A DNA stretch of 64,000 nt, taken from IMG/VR virus record IMGVR_UViG_3300042399_002267. One strand, 5' to 3'. Positions within the stretch are counted from its first letter, which is position 1. Every line of letters starts with the position of its first letter. The translations under genes and the position numbers were made by a program. The stretch is from a virus. The notes under the pieces are model-generated. The model saw only the letters and a program-made list of their open reading frames with translations, had not been told where the DNA came from and made no database searches. Shown piece by piece: positions 36,801 through 46,942 of this stretch.

Positions 36801-38969
36801 TGTTGTAGTAAAATCTGTCGATGGGTACCCAAAGAATGATCCAGTTTTAGTGTGAGTTGAAATTATAATGTTTGGATCTGTTGTTGCGCCAACTGGAAGA
36901 TTGTCTAGTTCAGCTACAACCCAATATGTTGTAGATTTAGATAATGATTGTGGTGCAGACAAAGCCAATTCAAAATCTTGATATGAAGTGGTCAAATCAC
37001 CAAAATAAACACTACCTATTCTGAATAAAGAATCAAGAGGATTATTATTGATTGTACTATTTGAATACACCGAGAAATTAATTCTATCTCCAGTATTCAA
37101 AATAGTTATATCTCTTTTTATCTTGAAGGTAAAACTTGTAATATCCTGATCAGAATTAAGTGTGAAATTCCATATAACTGCTGAAGTTCTAAATGAATAA
37201 TCTACTTCTGTACTTGTTTCTTCTAAAATAGCACCATATGCATCAAATTTGTGTATTTTAATGCCAGTGTTTGTACTAGAGCCTCTATTGATAATCGCAA
37301 TACCTTTTGGTGGCTCTGTGTCAAGTATTACATTAGCACTAGGATAAATTTCTACTTTTCTAAAAAGATCATTTGTATTTGAATCAATATTGAACGTATA
37401 TCTTATGTCATTGTCTAAATTATCATTCCATGTAAAAATATCAAAATATTTTGATGATTCATACAAAGAATTATTAGAAAAAGATTGTGGTTCAAAACTA
37501 GTAATTACATTGCTGTCTGATTCTTGTAAATTTCCAGCTCTGTATGCTAATTGCACTGAAGAATCTTTGTGAATTCTTGAATATAAAGTTATCTTTACAT
37601 GCTCAGTAAATGATCTAGACAAGCTTACTGCAGATTTTACAGGATATGATTGACCGTCTACAAATACAACAAATCCTTGTATCCCTGTTGCTGGTAATAC
37701 TGGTTCCAATCTACTAATGAAAAGAGATACATAAATATCCAAACCGTTTTCATCAACATAGCTTCTATTAGCATCAAAGTAATTAAATGCTCCAGGATTA
37801 GATGCAGTTACAAAATTAGTTATAGAGAGTTTAGAAAATAAAGAATCTAAAGTATTTAAATTCAATGATTGATCAGTGATGTAATTTGTTGAAGGTTTGC
37901 TATAGTCTAACTCTAAAATGTCATAGTTTTTGAATGTACTGCTTAAATTCAATCTATATAAAGAAACACCAGACCCTGCGTAAGTAGTATTACTGGCAGT
38001 GATAGAAGATATTGTATATCCAATACCATTTGTGTACACTGTAAATCCAAATCCGGGACTACTTGGAAATGTAGGTTTAGACATTTTTACATAAACAGTA
38101 CTACCTATAGCATCTGTGTATGTTTCTATAATTACTGGTTTAACTAAATCGGCAGTCAGGTTGGTAACTGCCAAGCCACCGAACTCAACTGCATAATTTC
38201 CTACTGAAGTGCTATCTTTCAACTTTAAAGTATTACTTGTAGGTTGGATAAAAGTTAAGGATACTGGATTTGTATTGTCATCTATTAAAAGTGTGTCAGC
38301 TAAATTAATTCTTACTATCTTGCCCAGAGTATCTGAAGAAGGATCTAAGACAAATGCAGAAGTAACAGGTATTTCTGTTGTGCCTTGAGTTACTGCAAAT
38401 CCAGATATATTGGTGTAAGGAAAAAGTGGAGGGGTAGCTTCTCTAAATACAACAGATATGTTAGAACCATCAGTTGAAGAGTATGCATATAATGCAACAG
38501 GACCATTGGCTTCTTCTGTTCTGTTAGATACTCCCAGCCCAGTAAAACTTTCTACGAAAGATTTAGTAGCATCATTATCAGATAAAGAAACTCCTAGACC
38601 AGATGAAGAATTATACGAAACATTTACAAATTGATAATTGAAAACTGTACCTACACCAGAGTAAGTAGCATCAATAATTTTATCAGAAGAACTTAATTGA
38701 AGTTCTAAAAGTTTTGGTTTTGAACTATCAACAAATGATGCAACTGGTGTTACTGTAGTTGCTGCACCTGCCAATAACTTTGTGACTCTAAATCTACTTT
38801 GAATACCAGATGAAGGACTTAAACCAGTGCTATCTGGATCAATAAATTGAATATAAACTTTCAATCCATCAGCAGATGTGTATGCTGTATCTCCAGTGGC
38901 ACTGCCTGGGTAAGGTCTACTCCCGGAAAATATTTTTACTTCATTGTTATTGTTAGTATTTGAGTCCAT
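33813..38969 (-). CDS. Large virion surface protein with SwmB-like Ig repeats, beta-propeller and PA14-like domain
   Basis: Four AYxxxDGxxVYxxF repeats, a propeller region, and RVRLQGAIKAEKDAVYSF...LKLLWN...VVPASQF resembling PA14. Confidence 0.55.
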   Translation of the reverse strand: MDSNTNNNNEVKIFSGSRPYPGSATGDTAYTSADGLKVYIQFIDPDSTGLSPSSGIQSRFRVTKLLAGAATTVTPVASFVDSSKPKLLELQLSSSDKIIDATYSGVGTVFNYQFVNVSYNSSSGLGVSLSDNDATKSFVESFTGLGVSNRTEEANGPVALYAYSSTDGSNISVVFREATPPLFPYTNISGFAVTQGTTEIPVTSAFVLDPSSDTLGKIVRINLADTLLIDDNTNPVSLTFIQPTSNTLKLKDSTSVGNYAVEFGGLAVTNLTADLVKPVIIETYTDAIGSTVYVKMSKPTFPSSPGFGFTVYTNGIGYTISSITASNTTYAGSGVSLYRLNLSSTFKNYDILELDYSKPSTNYITDQSLNLNTLDSLFSKLSITNFVTASNPGAFNYFDANRSYVDENGLDIYVSLFISRLEPVLPATGIQGFVVFVDGQSYPVKSAVSLSRSFTEHVKITLYSRIHKDSSVQLAYRAGNLQESDSNVITSFEPQSFSNNSLYESSKYFDIFTWNDNLDNDIRYTFNIDSNTNDLFRKVEIYPSANVILDTEPPKGIAIINRGSSTNTGIKIHKFDAYGAILEETSTEVDYSFRTSAVIWNFTLNSDQDITSFTFKIKRDITILNTGDRINFSVYSNSTINNNPLDSLFRIGSVYFGDLTTSYQDFELALSAPQSLSKSTTYWVVAELDNLPVGATTDPNIIISTHTKTGSFFGYPSTDFTTTYSLFENRTAYYKIVSSNITESPLGSTDIILDIFEKPVRDAQYFGSDSTLQKYELFGDKNSNYILKKLNKTSEDLTNPVNDIYPTISKIVIGATASKPKNYVLEIKTSVDGNWQKVFDTLCDSTTTDYFVYTFETPIEIVEMRLVYKGDYFTVDQLGTLTVAAVDETSSVTQAQISHYSDFRDAKYFPNADVAGYIGFQDGKTDFVNWNITSLSNAFKKQNNEATSDILASINFNGKIILASNNKVFTFSDGIILETTNDQIVSSTSQITCLTVYKNKVYLGTSNGYLYSSYSGDFWTVVNAVDPLSRPNSKAIKPIKSLGVLGDKLFIGTSKGTSTSSTVYVFDGFSIESLKDFADYEFVSSLSAYKFNLFAGLGNVFGSSSSSIYKYDGNDWTQTLSSTFDNVEVLSPSTARTSMVAGFRGGEIWELPFVNSLPTSWRKIHDVNSDHIYSISDDTTGEYLFIAADAKTSVYIKSLDTFKTITAFDKTVSNLNKTWKKFNNYSTSYSADVSDTESFTYQTLSLQADAINYNDFSLSGFGSSSRVRLQGAIKAEKDAVYSFKTISNMGLTLNLSGTAVTSSFGSTVISSDQSLVSNRTFTVAENDLIDFDLDAFVSNSTTPSLKLLWNDTTGTLGYQVVPASQFVRSNAIKNILQSSTSYYGVGSDGAVYSFDPVPYESKVRNVYVRFKDEAGNIHGITVDSSGNTYDILTDKISQELYEANGKIYQIKKNDDYSLDTRVIYTPNARDYAIYGPDRQVRESGIYESQPFFVPTLVKWSTLTTLVTNKYQLNLLDGVVLEGLDSGTAVKIYVRSGDTRTECLNNTWELVTEESYINNDTGTPPFSTLSANIASYNGKWLQYKFELISATKNISPEVISTTITYVAGTASYYFTKIFDTSDYNTNSPTIKRGLLTSNELLNNGTITYGYITSDSTADIYDFNKYTPITPNKSFELDTPSNKIKFGILFTSVGNNPSVVYDFAVQLDIGSDDIKFMPTL

Positions 38970-38971
38970 TT

Positions 38972-41900
38972 TTATTTTATACTTCCATACTGACCGCTCA
39001 AATATAAAGTACCTTTGTAACTTATTGCATCAACAGGTCTTACAATTCCCAAAAGATCATATGAACCATCTGAATTAAAAGATTTCTTTCTGTCAAATGG
39101 TAAATCACTTTGTATCCACGATTCGGAATTCGAATTGTATGCAAACAATTTAGCCTGTTTGTCATCTGGATTATTATTTAGATTTGATCCATCAAATCCA
39201 TCAGTGATACTATATAATGTTCCATCATGGTAAGTTAAAAGCCTTACTCCACCAGAAGATTTAAGCTCGTGAGTATGAGAGAAATCATAAACTTCTTTTG
39301 TTGACGGCTCATACGTTTCACCAACTGCGAAAGAAATTTTTGAATATCCAAAAATGGAATCTCCACCATAATTATTTATTTTCCCAAATCTAATATATGG
39401 TTTGTCATAATCATTATCAGTCAATGTTGGGTCGAAATATTTTCTATTATAATTATCTAAAGATATAAAATTCTTGATATTTATTAATGGATATAATTGT
39501 TTATCCAAATAAACTTTTACATCTCTATCTTCAATTAAGAATCTTATTTTTGACAGTTTTGTATTGATATCAAATGAAACGTTCTCATTTATTATTTTGA
39601 TGTAATCTAAATAATAAAAGGAAGGTCTTCTAGAAAGTTCTGGAATGTTATCAAAAGTAATTTGTAACTTTGAAATTGTGCCTTTCCATGTAGGCTTTAT
39701 TGTGTACTCAATGTAATTGGAAGATGTTTCAATTATTGTTGAAGATTTATTTATGAAACTTCCACCTTCGTATGCCCAAGAAGCTGAAATTTTTGCTCCA
39801 TTGAAAGCCTCTTCTTCATTAGTAGGATCACCTGATACAGTTTTAGGTGTAATTTTTAATTTTAAATTTATTACAGAATCAAAATCTACAGCCAGATCTA
39901 GATTGTCTATGTATATTTCCGAATCACCAGATTGTGTAGGGATAATTCTTAACACATTTTTTGAATACGCTGTACCGTATACATCTTGGTCAATTTGTGT
40001 AGTAGCTGCAATACCCGAAACAAAATTTCCAGCTTGCCAACTCTGAGTAGATGCTACACCACTTGTATTGAACATCCACTCTTTTAAAACACCTAATGTA
40101 GGAATATTCTTAACTACTAAATTATTTCCACTTTTCATTACAAAGTTAGAATTATTTATTTCAAATGAAAATATTCCATAAACATTCGCTATTTCTATAC
40201 CTTGATATCCAGTGAAATCTGTAGTGTCATATCTAACTTCGTCAACATTTAGATAAACACATTCTTCCAGAACTGTGCATTGATTAGCCTGTGTAAAGGA
40301 AAGATTTACACATTCCAATTCAACAGTTGATTTAGGCTTAAAGAAAGAGTAATTTTCACTTTCAATATCATTTGTACTTAATAAATATCTATTCTTTTTA
40401 TTTGTATATCCATTGTCTATGAAAAATCCCAAAGTATTTGTATTTGTTTCAAGATTTGGGTTGTATCTAATAAAATTTGAGTTAATAAATTGATATATTC
40501 CATTGTATATACCATTTGTGCCTGAAGATGTTTGATCTTTTATCATTACAAGATCTTTGTCTTGCAATGTGTATCCATCAAAAGAAGATATGTTTGAAAA
40601 AGATGTAATGGATTCTGTAGATGCACATTGCACTTTAATAAAATCCTGATCAGGAAGTATATGTGATTGAAGTTGCTCCCAATCTGAACCTTCTGCATAT
40701 TCAAATAAACGAGATCCAAAAGCAGTTGAACCAATAGAAGTTCTCGTATTGCCTTTTATTACCAGTACTTGATTGACTTTTTTAGGGTATTCTGGATCTT
40801 CATATCTAGCAATAGCTAAGTTTGTATCAGATCTGGAATTTGTTTTATCTTCGTATCCATAAAATTGTGCAGGTGCTGGGTCATTTCTGAAAACTTCATC
40901 AAAATTTTTTACTGTCCATAATTCATCTGATGGATTATTTTTTGTAATCTGGGTATATGACCATAAATGTGGAATAATATCTGCTCCAGCAAATACTTGA
41001 TTCTTTCCAACCTCTAAAGATTTTACGCCAAAATTGTAATTTTGAAAATCTTCTAAATTTGGGTTTGATAATGAAGATGTTTCAAGAACCTCTGTGATAT
41101 TTTCACTTACAATAACTTCTTCTGTTATTAAATTTGTAGGCTGTAATAAAACTACTTCTTTCGTTCTGCGATATTTAAGGATTTTTTTATTTCTACATCC
41201 AATAAATATTTTATCAAAAGCAGATGTCAAGCATAAAATTCCACCAGAAGATGCATTAAGTTCACCAGAAGGATATAATCTTTCCCATCCTTTGCCATCT
41301 AATGCTGTAGAAACTTTAGCTCTGTACAATCTTGGTTTTTTATCACTACCAACATATATATAATCTTCAGATTCAAAATCAAATTTATGAACTAATAATG
41401 AAGATGCTGGAAGAGAGACACCATCTTCCATATAAAATATAGGTCCTTTTAAGTAGTGACCATTGTAAAACCAAACTTTTCCTGAAACCCCAGCTAAAAA
41501 TATACCTGAAGAAACAGATACCATTGATGTGATAGCTCTTTCTCCAAAAATTTGATAATCTAATATTTTTTCAAATGATATAGAATTAGCTTTAAATAAA
41601 GATGCATAATTCTTTACCAATGTAGCATGAACATTAGGTACACCGTCACTATTTGAGTCGGTAGTAATGTCTTGAATTGGATAATTTTCATTTATAATTA
41701 ATAAATTCTTATCATCATCTATACCATATGGGATTGCACTATCAACTCCAAACAATATAACTGTATCTAAAGATATTGGGCTATAAATTCTGTCTTTATC
41801 AGTAGAAGAAGTTCCTACTAATTTGAATGCAGTTTTTGCAGGATATGCTGAGTCATAGCTATCAACCAACTTCAAGCTTGTGAATTTGTCTTGAGTAATA

Positions 41901-41974
41901 CCTGCGTAATAAATAACTTTTTCAGAATCAGCTGGTCCTCTCCATTTGCAGGATGCAGTATATAATGTTTTCAT
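38972..41974 (-). CDS. Large virion protein with beta-propeller-like segments
   Basis: Repeated (I/L)xVGxDxxxxL(Y/W) blades and one VMIKDQ...NGIY module. Co-oriented and tightly packed in the tail operon. Confidence 0.5.
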   Translation of the reverse strand: MKTLYTASCKWRGPADSEKVIYYAGITQDKFTSLKLVDSYDSAYPAKTAFKLVGTSSTDKDRIYSPISLDTVILFGVDSAIPYGIDDDKNLLIINENYPIQDITTDSNSDGVPNVHATLVKNYASLFKANSISFEKILDYQIFGERAITSMVSVSSGIFLAGVSGKVWFYNGHYLKGPIFYMEDGVSLPASSLLVHKFDFESEDYIYVGSDKKPRLYRAKVSTALDGKGWERLYPSGELNASSGGILCLTSAFDKIFIGCRNKKILKYRRTKEVVLLQPTNLITEEVIVSENITEVLETSSLSNPNLEDFQNYNFGVKSLEVGKNQVFAGADIIPHLWSYTQITKNNPSDELWTVKNFDEVFRNDPAPAQFYGYEDKTNSRSDTNLAIARYEDPEYPKKVNQVLVIKGNTRTSIGSTAFGSRLFEYAEGSDWEQLQSHILPDQDFIKVQCASTESITSFSNISSFDGYTLQDKDLVMIKDQTSSGTNGIYNGIYQFINSNFIRYNPNLETNTNTLGFFIDNGYTNKKNRYLLSTNDIESENYSFFKPKSTVELECVNLSFTQANQCTVLEECVYLNVDEVRYDTTDFTGYQGIEIANVYGIFSFEINNSNFVMKSGNNLVVKNIPTLGVLKEWMFNTSGVASTQSWQAGNFVSGIAATTQIDQDVYGTAYSKNVLRIIPTQSGDSEIYIDNLDLAVDFDSVINLKLKITPKTVSGDPTNEEEAFNGAKISASWAYEGGSFINKSSTIIETSSNYIEYTIKPTWKGTISKLQITFDNIPELSRRPSFYYLDYIKIINENVSFDINTKLSKIRFLIEDRDVKVYLDKQLYPLINIKNFISLDNYNRKYFDPTLTDNDYDKPYIRFGKINNYGGDSIFGYSKISFAVGETYEPSTKEVYDFSHTHELKSSGGVRLLTYHDGTLYSITDGFDGSNLNNNPDDKQAKLFAYNSNSESWIQSDLPFDRKKSFNSDGSYDLLGIVRPVDAISYKGTLYLSGQYGSIK

Positions 41975-44900
41975 TATTTATTTGCCCTCGTTACACTTTC
42001 CCAAAGGATTTTAGGTTGTGTAATGTTATTACCAAAATCTCTAAATGCAAATTCAACTTTCTTGACTCCATCCTTTTCTCCTGTAAAATCTATTACCCTG
42101 TATGGATTAAAATATTCCCATTCAGACCATTCTCCAGGACCAGAATCATATATCCTTCTAACTTTATAATCTTTAATATCAGACACAGTATCAAAAGCAT
42201 TGATCTTGACAAATGAATTTAATAGGTTTGATAATGTTGTGGAATTGTATGTTCTTGGGTCATAAAATACAGCTGTACCAATTGGTGGCTCAGTATCAAC
42301 AATAGCATAACTTGTTGCAACAAATGTCAAAGGATAAGACTCAGTAACATTTCCAACATAGTCCATCAGTTGAACCCAAACTTTTCTTATTCCAGAATAA
42401 CCGACATTTTGCAAATCAAATGTAGAATTTGTGATTCCATTGTCGTAATAATTTAAATCACCATACAAATATACATAATATTTACCATTGTTATTCACAA
42501 CATATTGTGACCAAGATAACCATGGAGTGTATTGAACTCTAGAATTATCAATTTCTTTACCAATTCTGAAAGACAATATTCCTGAATCACTATCAGAAGC
42601 TAATATTTCTAATGCTGCAGTCCTAAGATTGTAACCATTTGTATTTTGAAGCAATGGTACAGAATTATTATATTGCGGTCCATTTGCATCTATTCTTGAT
42701 GCTGATGAAATATCTGTTGCATGACTTGATATATTTGAATGAGATACAGTTCTAACTCTAAACTGCTGATAATTTTTATGTGTCAGATTTTCAGTTTTTT
42801 CTTCATACCTAGCATACATTTTGTGCCAAAGATTTTTAGCAAGTTTATAACCTGAAAACTTACCATCAGATAAGTAATCTTGAAGCACATAATTTTTGCC
42901 ATTTGCTTCGGCTAATGATGTGTTGAATGGTAATGATATAGCAACCCAAATTTTATCTGATTGAGATACAAGAGGAGATTCTGATGAGGAATTTGCCATA
43001 ACAACTTGAACTAAATCAGTGTTTGGAGATATTATAAATCCAGGAGAAAATGGGTTGTAAGAAATGTCTAACCAATTTGTCAATGGGTTATCTGAGTCAG
43101 GACTTCCAGATGCATCTTGAAAAAATCTGATTCTCAAATCTGATAATGGAAATATTTTATTATATTTCAACCAGTTCATTTTAAATTCGAACAACAAAGG
43201 TCTTATTGAAGAAACAAAGTTGGATATTTGTCCAATATTTATATCTTTGAAAAAGGTAGTACAAACAAATCTTTCAGCAACAGTATTATTCTCTTGAGTT
43301 GATGTTTTATACCAAAATGTGTTTGCGTTGATGTCGCCTAAAGTGATTTTGTATGGAGTATTGAGAGTAGTTGTCTGCAAAGTCCACAGTCCTGAAACTT
43401 TTCTATATAATCCATTTTCATTAAATATTGTTTGATCTTTCAACAATATGTAATCGTTATTTGATAAACTTGATACTTGAATTCCATCTATTGTTGAAGA
43501 TGCTAATGTTGCAATGTCTATATTTACTCCACTAGAAGCGAGTTTGACATCAGTGGGGGTTGAAGTTGTTGTAGCCGTGGAGTAATTGTAGCCCTTAAAG
43601 TCAGTAAGGCTTGATAAACAAACTTGTCCTAAATAATGTTTAGAGTTTGCCAATCCATCATCTGCAAGAGCAAAACTTCTAACAGACGCAATACTTTCTG
43701 CATCTTTTTTACTAAATGACGGTAATCCATCATATTTTATTTCAGAGATAATATTTGTACCAGTGCTGTATGATGATTCCTTAAACCCAACAGCTGCAAA
43801 ATATCCTAATCCTTTGGAAGAAGATGACATTTTCTGATTGATTTCTGCATAACCAATATAATCAATTTTAACGCCATTATCTTTTTTTATGTAAACCCAT
43901 GTAGAGTTTGCATTTTTGGATTTCTTTGTACCTACTAGATTAGTATTTACTTGATCAGTAATTTCTACAGTGTATGTGTCAGTTGTAGCTCCAGGAACAT
44001 AAGACTTCACTGTGTGCTTAGTAAAAGAATTATCAGAATTTCTTTGTAATATTGATATGTATTTTTTATCTTGGCTAAATAATACTATTATTGTTGATGC
44101 ATCTATTGGATTATCTGCGTAGCTGTCTTTGTCATCACATCTAGTTCCAATAGGTCTATCCCAATCAATTTGAACATTGTTTTTGGTATACGGTCTGTAA
44201 GAAGAAATTGGACTAAACGCTACATAAAAGTCATCAGATTTATGCAATACTTTAACTTGCAATGAGCACTTGTTAGATAAACTTGGTCTAAACAATTGTA
44301 TTTCATAACATCCATCAACATCATATACATTTGTGGAATCTATTTTTGTCAATGAAACACTACTTGAAGAAATTGTTTGTCCATAAGTAAGATCATAAGG
44401 ACCATCAGTTAATATTTTATATTCTTCATTATTATCTGTAGTCCAAGATGATTTTAAATAACTAACTGGAAAATTAATTCCATTATTATCATCATTATCG
44501 CATGTACCTAAATCAACAGATAATTTTGAAGTGCCTTCTGCTATAGCTAGCTCTTCAATTAAAAGTGTTGCGGTTTGTCCTACTGCTCCTAAAACTTGAT
44601 ATGCAAAGGATGAACTAATAGCAGTTGTCCCCAAAGAAGGCATCAATGAACTTGCCAAAAGAAAACTTTGATTATTTGTTTGTGTATTTAAACTATCTGG
44701 AGTAAAATATGCCTCAACATAAGAATTCAAAGAATCTACATTAGAATAATACATCTCTAACAATCCACCATTTTTCAGCATTGGTAAAATTGAATTTGAA
44801 AGAGTTGTTGTTTGAGAATTTGCACTATCAATATATCCACTAACTGTGTACAATGTAGCTGTTGGATTAGAATCATTGGGTATATCTAACCTTAAAGTAA

Positions 44901-45933
44901 TTGAACTACTAGCTATTCCAGAATCATGATTGTATTCAAGATTTATGAAAGCTTGAGATGTACATGCAATACTTGAAGTGTTAAACTTGAAATGAGCTTG
45001 TGTAAATATATCGGATGAAGACAGTAATTTTTTAGACGTTTCAAAATAAGCTCCTCTGTCTATAGTTGCTGCTGACAAAGTTGTCTCAGTTCCTACATCT
45101 AATATAGACGATGTCAAAATATAAGATGTAGAGCTCAATCTTGAAAATTTATATGTATTTGCGGTTGTTGTGTAATAATCTGCATTTGGAATAAGACTTC
45201 TTTTGACAGAAGAGTTCACAGAATGCAAATCTGCTGTATTTCCCAAGGATGCAATTTCATACACACTACCAACATATCTAGAAACACCTGTAGAACTTAT
45301 TTGAGCACCACTGGCTGAGCCAGATTTGAATAAACAAAGAGAATTTTTACCAATCCATCCAGATTTTAATGAAGAATATTCAGAGTACTCTGGTTTTACT
45401 GGAAAACTACCTTCCCAAACAATGGTGTCAAAAAGTCCAAAACCTCTTGGATATTCTGCATCTTCATCAGCTGGACCAGTTATGATTGCCTTCATGTAAA
45501 CTTTGGACAATCCACCATTTGCACTAAGTGCCCAATTATTTACAATAAATAAACCTGTACCAGCTTGAGAAGATCTGGAAGATTCAGCAGACTGAGATGA
45601 ATCAAAGAAATATAATGGATTTAAATTACATATATAGTCAGTAGATGAATCATAAGTGCCTGTGGGGAAATTTTGAATCTGAACAGTAGATGATTGTTCA
45701 AAATCTGGATCATTCGAAAGATATAAAGTTTTTATTCTTTCTAATGAAACAAGCTCTCTAGTTGTTTTAGATCTTAATTCAAAACTAAAGATAAGAGTAT
45801 TTCTATTGCGATCAAAATTTGGATCGTTAGAAAAAATGCCAGCTGTATACGCAATACCAGAAGAAATAAATTCTGATTGTAAATAACCACTTCTAAGTTC
45901 GCTGGGTAAAATAACAGTTACATCAAATGACAT
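41974..45933 (-). CDS. Large virion protein with C-terminal Ig-like repeats
   Basis: One ILLKDQ...ENGLY module, and two C-terminal repeats (GxRKVWVQLMDYVGN / GVKKVEFAFRDFGNN). Confidence 0.5.
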   Translation of the reverse strand: MSFDVTVILPSELRSGYLQSEFISSGIAYTAGIFSNDPNFDRNRNTLIFSFELRSKTTRELVSLERIKTLYLSNDPDFEQSSTVQIQNFPTGTYDSSTDYICNLNPLYFFDSSQSAESSRSSQAGTGLFIVNNWALSANGGLSKVYMKAIITGPADEDAEYPRGFGLFDTIVWEGSFPVKPEYSEYSSLKSGWIGKNSLCLFKSGSASGAQISSTGVSRYVGSVYEIASLGNTADLHSVNSSVKRSLIPNADYYTTTANTYKFSRLSSTSYILTSSILDVGTETTLSAATIDRGAYFETSKKLLSSSDIFTQAHFKFNTSSIACTSQAFINLEYNHDSGIASSSITLRLDIPNDSNPTATLYTVSGYIDSANSQTTTLSNSILPMLKNGGLLEMYYSNVDSLNSYVEAYFTPDSLNTQTNNQSFLLASSLMPSLGTTAISSSFAYQVLGAVGQTATLLIEELAIAEGTSKLSVDLGTCDNDDNNGINFPVSYLKSSWTTDNNEEYKILTDGPYDLTYGQTISSSSVSLTKIDSTNVYDVDGCYEIQLFRPSLSNKCSLQVKVLHKSDDFYVAFSPISSYRPYTKNNVQIDWDRPIGTRCDDKDSYADNPIDASTIIVLFSQDKKYISILQRNSDNSFTKHTVKSYVPGATTDTYTVEITDQVNTNLVGTKKSKNANSTWVYIKKDNGVKIDYIGYAEINQKMSSSSKGLGYFAAVGFKESSYSTGTNIISEIKYDGLPSFSKKDAESIASVRSFALADDGLANSKHYLGQVCLSSLTDFKGYNYSTATTTSTPTDVKLASSGVNIDIATLASSTIDGIQVSSLSNNDYILLKDQTIFNENGLYRKVSGLWTLQTTTLNTPYKITLGDINANTFWYKTSTQENNTVAERFVCTTFFKDINIGQISNFVSSIRPLLFEFKMNWLKYNKIFPLSDLRIRFFQDASGSPDSDNPLTNWLDISYNPFSPGFIISPNTDLVQVVMANSSSESPLVSQSDKIWVAISLPFNTSLAEANGKNYVLQDYLSDGKFSGYKLAKNLWHKMYARYEEKTENLTHKNYQQFRVRTVSHSNISSHATDISSASRIDANGPQYNNSVPLLQNTNGYNLRTAALEILASDSDSGILSFRIGKEIDNSRVQYTPWLSWSQYVVNNNGKYYVYLYGDLNYYDNGITNSTFDLQNVGYSGIRKVWVQLMDYVGNVTESYPLTFVATSYAIVDTEPPIGTAVFYDPRTYNSTTLSNLLNSFVKINAFDTVSDIKDYKVRRIYDSGPGEWSEWEYFNPYRVIDFTGEKDGVKKVEFAFRDFGNNITQPKILWESVTRANK

Positions 45934-45971
45934 TCGATATCACCAAATCTGGACAAATAATTACTGATATA

Positions 45972-45996
45972 TTCTGTTCTAAGGTTGATAGAACCT
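45972..45996 (-). promoter_or_regulatory. Candidate late promoter AGG-N17-CAGAA, overlapped by a palindrome
   Basis: Minus strand AGG-ttctatcaaccttagaa-CAGAA. The AGG lies inside the TTGATAG-3 nt-CTATCAA inverted repeat (45985-46001). Confidence 0.55.
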
Positions 45997-45997
45997 A

Positions 45998-46939
45998 TCA
46001 AAGGCTAAAATCAAACTGAATAGGCATATAATTTTGTACAGTTAAGGGAACTTGAACATCAAAATACATAAGACCATCAACATAATCTGCATTATTATTT
46101 TGTCCTTGTTGATAGAAATCATATTGAGCTTTGTATATTGAGGTGTTTGTAGAAGAACTACTTGAAACAAAATACATACTTACATACTGTGCTGATTTAA
46201 CTGTATCCAAACCATTAGGCAAATACACTTTTAATTTCAATTCAGAAAGCGCATTTGACGATAAAGTTTCAATTATCTTATTGCAAATTATTCTGAAATA
46301 AATTGTTTTATATATTGGACCTTTGCCAATATTATAATATTGAATATCTGTATCTGTAGAACTTGAAGTAATATTCGCAGGAACTGTAGATATAACAGGA
46401 TTTCCAAATCTTACATGTCTAGGAATAGTAAAAGTAGAATCATCAAAACATGCTATAGAAAATTCTGGATTGTAAGTGGTGTTGTCAATTACTGTTGAAT
46501 CAGCAATTATTGCCAGAGATTTAAATAAATCTTCCGATTTTTCATATAAATTAATTACTGTAGTGTAATCATTTAAAAATAGTAAAACATTACCTTCATC
46601 ATCAATTTCTAGAGAACCATTACTCACATCTAAAATAAAATTTTTATCCTGAACACCAAATTCAATAGAAGATTGTGATGATTTGTACAAAATGTCGTAC
46701 ATAATTTTAAAAGAAATTAATCTTGAGTATGCAACATCTTTTTCAAAAATAAAATTTACTTTGTCTTCTGCAGAAACAAATAAAGCACATTGAATATTTT
46801 TCTTTATTGATAATAAATAATTATCTTTATTTTTACTTATAATAAAGTTTATAGGAGTTGATAAAAATATAATATCAAAATTCAAATCAGCGTGAGATAA
46901 TTTGACTGTTGAATTTATATTTACACTTTGTATTATCAT
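45998..46939 (-). CDS. Hypothetical (probably structural) protein
   Basis: 313-aa beta-rich ORF inside the tail operon. Confidence 0.55.
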   Translation of the reverse strand: MIIQSVNINSTVKLSHADLNFDIIFLSTPINFIISKNKDNYLLSIKKNIQCALFVSAEDKVNFIFEKDVAYSRLISFKIMYDILYKSSQSSIEFGVQDKNFILDVSNGSLEIDDEGNVLLFLNDYTTVINLYEKSEDLFKSLAIIADSTVIDNTTYNPEFSIACFDDSTFTIPRHVRFGNPVISTVPANITSSSTDTDIQYYNIGKGPIYKTIYFRIICNKIIETLSSNALSELKLKVYLPNGLDTVKSAQYVSMYFVSSSSSTNTSIYKAQYDFYQQGQNNNADYVDGLMYFDVQVPLTVQNYMPIQFDFSL

Positions 46940-46942
46940 TAT

